Shown here: positions 36,055 through 43,531 of the stretch, piece after piece
Numbering within the stretch: position 1 is the first letter of the stretch
Layout: each line of letters begins with the position of its first letter
Assembly: GCF_001194135.2 (NCBI RefSeq)
Contig: NC_068981.1
Coordinates: 171,818,031 to 171,861,561 of the forward strand
Direction of reading: 5' to 3'
DNA from: Octopus bimaculoides
Lineage: Eukaryota
Length of the DNA: 43,531 nucleotides
Notes under the pieces: generated by a model
Database searches by the model: none
What the model was told of the DNA's origin: nothing
What the model saw: the letters and a program-made list of their open reading frames with translations, nothing else
Position numbers and translations under genes: made by a program

Positions 36055-36119
36055 GACATTCGACATTCGCATAGACTTGCGAATTCGACATTCGCATAGA
36101 CATTCGCATAGACTTGCGA
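36055..36119. repeat. Irregular tandem of GACATTCGCATA(GACTTGCGA) modules
   Basis: Direct reading. Confidence 0.85.
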
Positions 36120-36418
36120 GAAAGAGAAAATTAACAAAAACAAACAACAGAAATCAAAGAGATTGAACAGGAACACTTATAAAGAAGCACTTCTGAATGA
36201 TTGAATTAAACAATATATCCCATTGACAAATTAAGGAAACTTTTATAAACAATAATAAAGACAAATATATTTCTATTAGACTGCATCTTAATTCAAATAT
36301 GTGAAATAATAAGTATAGACACATTAGTTAGCCAAATAATTAGCTCCAGTTCCGATATAATAAATTGGAAATTTAATGAACTAAGAATCATAGACAATAA
36401 TCAATAATACTTATGACA

Positions 36419-36612
36419 AAGGTGGTGAACCAAAAAGATCGAAGTGCTTAGCAGCATTTCGTTCATCTTTACGTTCTGAATTCAAATTCCGCCGGGGAAT
36501 TTTCATCCTTAGGAGGGTGATGAAATATGTACCAGCTGAACATTGGAGTCGATGTAATCGACTTTTCCCCCACCTTTGAAATTGCTGGCCTTGTGCCAAA
36601 ATTTGAAACTAA
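36419..36612 (+). mobile_element. SINE family A (tail 2), diverged
   Basis: TTTACGTTCTGAATTCAAATTCCGCC...GGCCTTGTGCCAAAATTTGAAAC. Confidence 0.8.
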
Positions 36613-36919
36613 TATCATTTATGACAGAATTAAGAATAGATCACTCTGAATCTGGTAGAAATAACAATTAGTTACCACGCACTCAAGCACGATGTGAACT
36701 CATACGTACAGAGCATTATTTGAAGATTACGAATCGCAGGCGTAAGAATGCATGAGGTTTTATAAATTAATAAGAGAAGATAATAAAAACAAAATGGAAT
36801 ACAGTTTTCCATAAGAAACAATTGTATATTGCATAGGAGTTGGAAATATAGAAGGAATTGAAGATAAGAACAGCTTAACAAAAGAAGCAAAAGAAACAAA
36901 ATGAATATAAAGCGCAAAG

Positions 36920-37260
36920 ATTTGCAAATATCATCAACAAATGGTGACCAATTAAATATCTAATTGAAGTATACAGGACTGAAATAGATGGGAAAGGAAC
37001 CTAAAATGCAGCTTGCTATCGCTAGTCTATCTTGTACGGAAGGCTTTACAATTGTTGCACAAGAACAGAACTTAACTACAGGAAACTACCTAAAAATGTA
37101 TCAAATAGTTTTAAAAAGTAAATGCAGATTCTGCAATGAATACAGGAAACAATGAACCATGTTAACTCCTTTTGGCCGAGTTAGAGTATGCTCAAAGGTG
37201 TAGACACAGCCACTGAGAAATAATAAATATGCTAAATGAAACAACTAAATCAAGACAGCA
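36920..37260 (+). pseudogene. Old R4/Dong-like fragment (zinc-knuckle region)
   Basis: AQEQNLTTGNY..SKCRFC..ETMNHV..LEYAQR across frameshifts. Confidence 0.55.
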
Positions 37261-37624
37261 ACCAAACAATATAAACATTAAAAATATTATCATTGTATAC
37301 GCCTAAGACACAATAGCAGCGCGAAATACAAGCTGATACCGAATCCAGAGCAAAGAAAACAGACTGATTATAAAGACATTTCACGGGAAAAGGGATGAAT
37401 TTTTATTTATAAAACATTCTCTTATGACGAGAACATGGAGCGGGAAAAGGACAAACAATCAGCTTAGTATTTCCACTCCCCACGGCAAGTTCACTTTTTC
37501 TCGATCCGATTTCATTAAATAATACAAGTTTTGGCAGCGCAGCCTTTTTGGATTCGCTTTCACCACATATATATATAGTGTATTCCAATTGACTTTCTTT
37601 TAATTCTTTAATTTTTCATCATAC

Positions 37625-37845
37625 TTGGCAGAAATGTTAGCACGCCGGGCGAAATGCTTAGCGGCATTTCGTTTGTCTTTACGTTCTGAGTTCAAATTCC
37701 GCCGAGGTCGACTTTGCTTTCATCCTTTCGGGGTCGATTAAATAAGTACCAGTTACGCACTGGGGTCGATATAATCGACTTAATCCGTTTGTCTGTCCGT
37801 ATTTGTCCCCTCTGTGTGTAGCCCCTTGTGGGTAGTAAAGAAATA
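37625..37845 (+). mobile_element. SINE family A (tail 1), full length
   Basis: A box TGGCAGAAATGTTAGC, B box GAGTTCAAATTCC, tail CTTAATCC...GTAAAGAAATA. Confidence 0.92.
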
Positions 37846-38012
37846 GGTATTTCGTTTGTCTTTACGTTCTGAGTTCAAATTCCGTCGAGGTCGACTTTGC
37901 CTTTCATCCTTTCGGGGTTGATAAATTAAGTACTAGTTGCGTACTGGGGTCGTTCCAGTCTACTGGCCCCTTCCCCCACAATTTCGGGCCTTGTTCCTAG
38001 AGTAGAAAATAA
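37846..38012 (+). mobile_element. SINE family A (tail 2), 5'-truncated, fused head-to-tail to the previous copy
   Basis: Same body, then CTGGCCCCTTCCCCCACAATTTCGGGCCTTGTTCCTAGAGTAGAAAAT. Confidence 0.9.
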
Positions 38013-38580
38013 TATTTAGTCTGGATTAATTTATCTTTTTTGCAAGAAAGAAATTTCACATTTTTAATTTTAATATAATCTATAAAATGTATATCGCTAG
38101 AATGCAATCAGAGTCGGAACCCGACTGATGTTTTGATTAATACTCGTTCCGATTAATCAAAATCAGTGCACCTTAGGAATCTTTTGTTATCTCAATGAAT
38201 GACAACGAACCCTACCAATTTATCAAGTAAATTAAGTGATCTATTTCTTCTTCTTTTTGCCTAGTGAAACGGATGTACTTTGTTTTCTATTTTCCAAATT
38301 TTCGCACGTTTCTGTCGAATGGATCCAATCAATATGAACGAGATGAAAGAGGGGTTTTGCCACTGAAACAGTCCAAGCATTAGGTTATCAAGCATTAGTC
38401 TTCACAAGAATCGCATGCATTTCTTTGGACAATTTCTATGTTCTCACCAAAAGCTTTTAAGTCATATGACTGTATATATCGTATACTAAAATTTAAGATA
38501 GGATAAAATCTTTATAAGAATTTATCAAATAGTCAGCGTGAAAAACCTCATAAGGGAAAAAATATAATTATTCTCTTTAA

Positions 38581-38883
38581 ATATATTTATTTATACTAAG
38601 GCATTGATACACATAAATACCACACGCTATGAGGGACTGTTAAAGTCAAAACTACCATAATAAATACAGTGTACCGAACGCAAGGGAATGGAACTTTAAA
38701 AGCGAGCTCCTTAAAAACAGATTCAGCCGCAGGTCATATGATTACATAATTAGTGCACAAAATGCACTTTTTAATCGTCAGTGCAGGCATACACTGTATT
38801 TATTATGGTAGTTTTGACTTTAAGAGTCCCTCATAGCGTGAGGCATTTATGTGTATCAATGTCCTTAATATAAATAAATATAT
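38581..38883. mobile_element. MITE with ~93-bp near-perfect TIRs
   Basis: 38581-38673 vs reverse complement of 38790-38883, only a few mismatches. Confidence 0.88.
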
Positions 38884-39082
38884 CGTATACTATTTAGGTA
38901 AGGTTTTCATATTCTTTTCTTCATTATTGTGTTGACTCTTTTACCCATTTACTTTGGCCTGCATTATAAATAGGTTTTTAAGGAATAATTTTCACTTTCC
39001 GATCTGCGAGGTCTAGTTTATGCATCACTCTTGCCTCGAGGCTTAAATCGCAAAATCAAATGTGTTTGACCTTGCTGTAGAC

Positions 39083-39236
39083 CAGTGGTTCCCAACCTTT
39101 TCATTAGCAAGGACCCCTTTTATTTAAATGAGCTTTCTCACGGAGCCCAGAATATTGAATTGAAAGGTCTGTCGACTTAACATGTTCATGCACCCCACCC
39201 CACAGGAGTTCGTAGACCACAGGTTGGGAACCACTG
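39083..39236. mobile_element. hAT (Charlie-like) MITE with 16-bp TIRs and 8-bp TSD
   Basis: CAGTGGTTCCCAACCT / AGGTTGGGAACCACTG; CTGTAGAC at 39075-39082 and 39237-39244. Confidence 0.95.
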
Positions 39237-39610
39237 CTGTAGACAGTCAAAACCTAAGACATTATATTACATTTCTTTCAAACAAGCTTGTCCCCTTCCA
39301 TTTCTCTCTCTCTCCACCTCTCTCTCTTTCTCTTTCTCTCTCTTTCTTTTCCTCTTTTTCTCCCACTCTCTATCTCTACCTTCCAATTGCTGTATGTATG
39401 AGGGTAGGTTGGTGTGTGTGTGTGTGTGTTAATGGTAACGAACAGAAGAAAAATTACGCAATGTCTTACACAATACCGGAAGTGGTGTAAAAATAATTTC
39501 AACCGATTATCGGGCGCCAAATTGCTGGTTTCAGCCAGTTCAGTTTCGCCTATCCTAATGATATGCGTGATATGTGTGTATGCGTGTGTGCCTGTGCGTA
39601 AACCCATTTG

Positions 39611-40023
39611 TATTCTTTTATTCTTTCAGTCATTTGACTTCGGCCATGCTGGAGCCCCGCCTTTACTCGAACAATTCGACCTTAGGACTTATTCTCTGTG
39701 AGCCTGGTACTTATTCTATCGATCCCTTTTGCCGAACCGCTATGTTACGGAGACATAAATACACCAACATTGGTTGTCAATCTATGGTGGGGGGACAAGC
39801 ACAAATACACACACATACGCACATATATATACGACACATATATGTATGTACGACACATATATATACGCACATATATATTCTTTCAGTTTCTGTCTACCAA
39901 ATCCATTCACAAGGCTTTGGTCGGACGAAGAAGACACTTGCCCAAATTGCCACGCAGTGGGACTGAACTCGGAACCATGTGGTTGGGAAGCAAACTTCTT
40001 ACCACACAGCCACGCCTGTGCCT
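39611..40023 (-). mobile_element. SINE family D, full length, with internal microsatellite
   Basis: Head GGCGTGGCTGTGTGG...GAGTTCAGTCCC, TTGGGCAAGTGTCTT segment, internal (TA/TG/TATG) tract ~39805-39880, CR1-like tail. Confidence 0.9.
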
Positions 40024-40030
40024 TTATATA

Positions 40031-40320
40031 TTTTTTTTTTTTATGCGCCCTTTTAAAGCCTAGCCAGGCTCATGGGCTCGGTTTCCCGGTTTCTATGGCG
40101 TATATGATCTCCCCAGCTGGACGGGACTCCAGTCCATCGCACCGTTACTCAAGAAACAGGAAGAAAGAGTGAAAGAAAGTTGGGGTGAAAGAGTATAACA
40201 GGGGTCACCACCACCCCTGCCGGAGCCTCGTGGAGCTGTAGGTATTTTCGCTCAATAAGCACACACAACGCCCGATCTAGAAATCGAAACCACGATCCTC
40301 CGACCGCGAGTCCGCTGCCT
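40031..40320 (-). mobile_element. SINE family B variant with alternative 3' tail and poly(A)
   Basis: Head and body as 20178 up to CTTCCTGTTTCT, then GCGATGGACTGG..CCCGTCCAG..GAAACCGGG..GGCTTTAAAAGGGCGCAT and poly(A). Confidence 0.88.
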
Positions 40321-40374
40321 CACGATTCTATTTCAATATGGACTGAATGGAGGTCTTTTTAGTACGTGTGCACG

Positions 40375-40375
40375 A

Positions 40376-40438
<63 letters not shown>
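40375..40438. repeat. (CA)n microsatellite
   Basis: Direct reading. Confidence 0.95.
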
Positions 40439-41316
40439 AGAAATTCGCAAGTAAATGTATTTATGGAGTTCTACTTAATGAAAGGTAAAGTTTACGTCTA
40501 TATGAAGTAAACTGAGGGTACCGAATCACGGAAATGGATTAAAACATCAAGTGTTGATTATTTCGATGCTATTCGTCTATAGCAATTATAATAGTTTCTA
40601 ACATAATGTTGAAGCCTTCAAGTTTTATGTAATGGGATTATGAAGGCGTAACACCCATGGCTTAGATTAGAACTACAGATTGATAGGATCATTAGATCGT
40701 CAGACTAAATGCATTGCGTATTTCTTCTAGCCCTTTACTTCCTGATTTTAATCCCTCTGAGTTCTCCGCAGCCGATAAAGTATCAGTCATGAACTGGTGT
40801 TGCTAGTATCGTCTGACTTCTCCCCCTTAAAATAACTGGTCTTGTGCCTATATCAGAAATAATTAGTGACATAGGTGAAGTAAAACATATACAACGGAAG
40901 AATGAAAGCAAAGCTCTTATTCTATACGTTGGTCTTTCTTTCTAACCGATCGCAGGTCCGTATAATTTCAGAACTAAAAAAAAAAGAAGAAAAAAATTTT
41001 AAGAATTGGGATAATGAGATCATCATATTTTTCTTAAGAGCATTAGGGACATAAGAGTAGTTATCTCAAACGAGAATTGAATCCGCTTTGTGGGTTTGAA
41101 GTATGTGAGATCTATAGTTGTAGAGCAGAACTCTGTGCTACGTTCTTGATTTTAGAGCTATTGTTTGCCGTATTATCTCCCTGCCTATGAATCTATAACC
41201 TAAATCTAAATTCTATAGTCCTTATACATACACAAAAGTAGGAAAACCTGAAAACAGAATGACAATATTTTTTGTTTTTGTTTCCGTTTTTTTTTCGGTT
41301 GCTATTTTCTCTTCAG

Positions 41317-41490
41317 GCATGGTTGTATAGTTTAGAAGTTCACTTCACAACCATGCAGTTTCAAGTTCAGTTCCACTGTGTGACACTTTGGATATGTGTC
41401 TTTTACTATAGGCCTTGGTTGAACAACACTTTGTGGGTGAGTTTGGTGGGCAGAAATTGTACAGAAAACGGTCGACGACATATATATATT
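41317..41490 (+). mobile_element. SINE family D, degenerate 5' half
   Basis: GGCATGGTTGTATAG...AAGTTCAGTTCCACTG...GTGTCTTTTACTATAG...GTCGACGACATATAT parallels the head of 39611-40023. Confidence 0.65.
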
Positions 41491-41704
41491 CCATAAGTGG
41501 CATGTCTGTTTTCCTATGTGTTCATTCTGTTGTCCGTAAAAAAAAGTCCGTTTTTTGTGCTTTATTTATGCTCCCGTTCCTTTTTTGTCCACATCTTTTG
41601 ACGTCCTGTACCCGGATAAGCATCTATATATACATGTAGACGTAGGTGTGTACATATATGTATGTATACATGCATATGCTCATATATCATTTGTATTATA
41701 AATA

Positions 41705-41705
41705 A

Positions 41706-41785
<80 letters not shown>
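41705..41785. repeat. (TA)n followed by (ATT)n microsatellite
   Basis: Direct reading. Confidence 0.9.
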
Positions 41786-41787
<2 letters not shown>

Positions 41788-42499
41788 GTATTTATTTTCT
41801 CTTAGTTAACAATTAATTCCGACAAAATAAATTGGTTAATAGATACCAGGGTAGCAACGATCACAAAATGACTGTGGTGTAACTCCTGTTTAGGAGGTAG
41901 AAACTCCCTGTTATTTTGGCTATTTGACTGAATATAATATATATATATATATATATATATACTTCTGTCAGTGTCAGAACCATAATTTCTCAGGTCCACT
42001 GGGCATGTGTCTTCCACACTAAAGCCCTAGGTCGAAGAATGAGGAAGGGTCCTAAAAATAGTTACTTGTCAATTTATTCCACTGTAAGCCTTCAAGTCCA
42101 CTGATTGAAGCAAGAAAATTTTGTAAGAATACATGGTGTATGCCGGTGTATAAGACGTATCGGGACTGTAAGAAAACATTCTTATGCGTCTAATGCGACC
42201 GTATTGCCGAGTATATGAGTAGATGATGAAACATATTAAGTTTATTTTTCCAACAAAATACCCTTGGAAAGTAGTGTTGCATTTTTGTTTTTGTTTTGCT
42301 TTTATTTTTTTACGCGAGTGAGTCTTATATAGCGGCAAATATGGTGACATGTAATTAAAGAAAACACACAACTATCACGTGATTGGATGTAAAAAAAGTT
42401 TGTCTACTTATGATATCTTGGTTATTTCCCTTAGTCGTTGCTAAAGATTATTTGCCAACTGAAATAGTTATGCAATTCGGTCATTCATTATATAACGAT

Positions 42500-42885
42500 A
42501 GCTTGTGTGTGTGTAACTGTGTGAGTGTTTGTGTGTGTAATTGTGTGTGTGTCAGCGTGTGTATGTGTGCTTTCTCTGTTTGCGCACGCATGTATGTGCG
42601 TGTGTGTTTGTTTGTGTGTGTGTGTGTATGTGCAAGCTGCATATGTCCTAACCTCATTTTCTTAACATAGCAGAGTAGATGTCATTCAGGATTATTCTTG
42701 TATAGTAATCCGTTCGCTACCTGTTTGTTACTAATCACCACTCATTTACTTCAAATGTCAAGGATACAACAACTTGTGAAGCGTAAATATTTGTATTGCA
42801 ATGGCATCGAAACTGGACAACAAAAAGAATATTTCTTTTCCTATGCAATATAACCGGGGTGGTGGAAGATAATTAATTTTGATTT

Positions 42886-42923
<38 letters not shown>

Positions 42924-43130
42924 CACACATACACATGCGTATACATGCATATACATGATATACAGGTGAACATACAAGCATATGCATAGACATGCAGTAC
43001 ACACACATACGCATACACAGACAAACATATACATATACACATTCATATTCCCACTATCGGTCCACAAATGCGTACATTTCTACACACACACACACACGCA
43101 CACATACACGCGCATACACATTGCCGTTCG
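42500..43130. repeat. Low-complexity (TG)n and (CA)n microsatellite fields
   Basis: Direct reading. Confidence 0.8.
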
Positions 43131-43531
43131 TACAGTAGATTTAACGCATAAACGTTCACTATGCAAAAATCCATCCATGTTTCATTTCAGATACCAAACT
43201 GAATGGGATCATATTTTTCACAATGAAGCATACACATACTCCTTTTTACATATATACACACATACACTCACACAGATACCGCACACAGGCAGCACAGCAC
43301 ATACCATATATAAGATTCAAAGGGTTCACCAAACTAACTGTGTGACGTTACTGTGCTACACAAATGCTCAGTGTTCCTTCTCCTTCGGTACCGTTATACC
43401 TGTTGTTTCAAAGTGCTTGAGGCTAAACAACTATTTGAACAACGACCATATTGGATCTCGTAATTTATTTCATATACGTATACATGTGTGAGTGCGTACG
43501 TATGTATGTATATATATATATATATATATAT

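Noticed and set aside
41300-41496. Strong-looking splice acceptor TTTTCTCTTCAG and a 74-aa ORF
   Set aside because: Downstream sequence is a decayed SINE D head
41960-42025. Possible minus-strand micro-exon (GFSVEDTCPVDLRNYGSDTDR) with pyrimidine tract
   Set aside because: Weak GTATAT donor, no partner exons or recognisable protein
42140-42215. GGTGTATAAGACG and ACCGTATTGCCGAGTAT resembling Tc1/pogo-type TIRs
   Set aside because: Same orientation, short and degenerate; cannot define an element

Overview
Repeat-dominated, AT-rich animal DNA from a gapped draft assembly; nearly every N-run is flanked by (TA)n, (TG)n, (CT)n or (TAACCC)n. The SINE repertoire and microsatellite density resemble an octopus/coleoid cephalopod genome (inference, no database check). 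I found no intact host protein-coding gene. Contents: (1) at least four tRNA-derived SINE families, labelled A-D by me, with swapped 3' tails; (2) dead non-LTR retrotransposons: three R4/Dong-like pieces or loci, one CR1-like 3' fragment and a 2.2-kb HERO-like element; (3) an internally deleted mariner and several MITEs, including a hAT MITE with an 8-bp TSD and a 714-bp element with perfect 28-bp TIRs, an 8-bp TSD and an internal (TAACCC)n telomere-type tract; (4) Penelope-type remnants with hammerhead-ribozyme architecture; (5) a heavily diverged histone H4 pseudogene with an in-frame 84-nt internal duplication, only partly captured by the ORF track. Best leads: the H4 relic, the minimal hammerhead, the telomere-repeat TIR element, two LINE loci with permuted fragment order, a 57-bp locally templated insertion, and a shared SINE/LINE 3' tail with a covarying hairpin.
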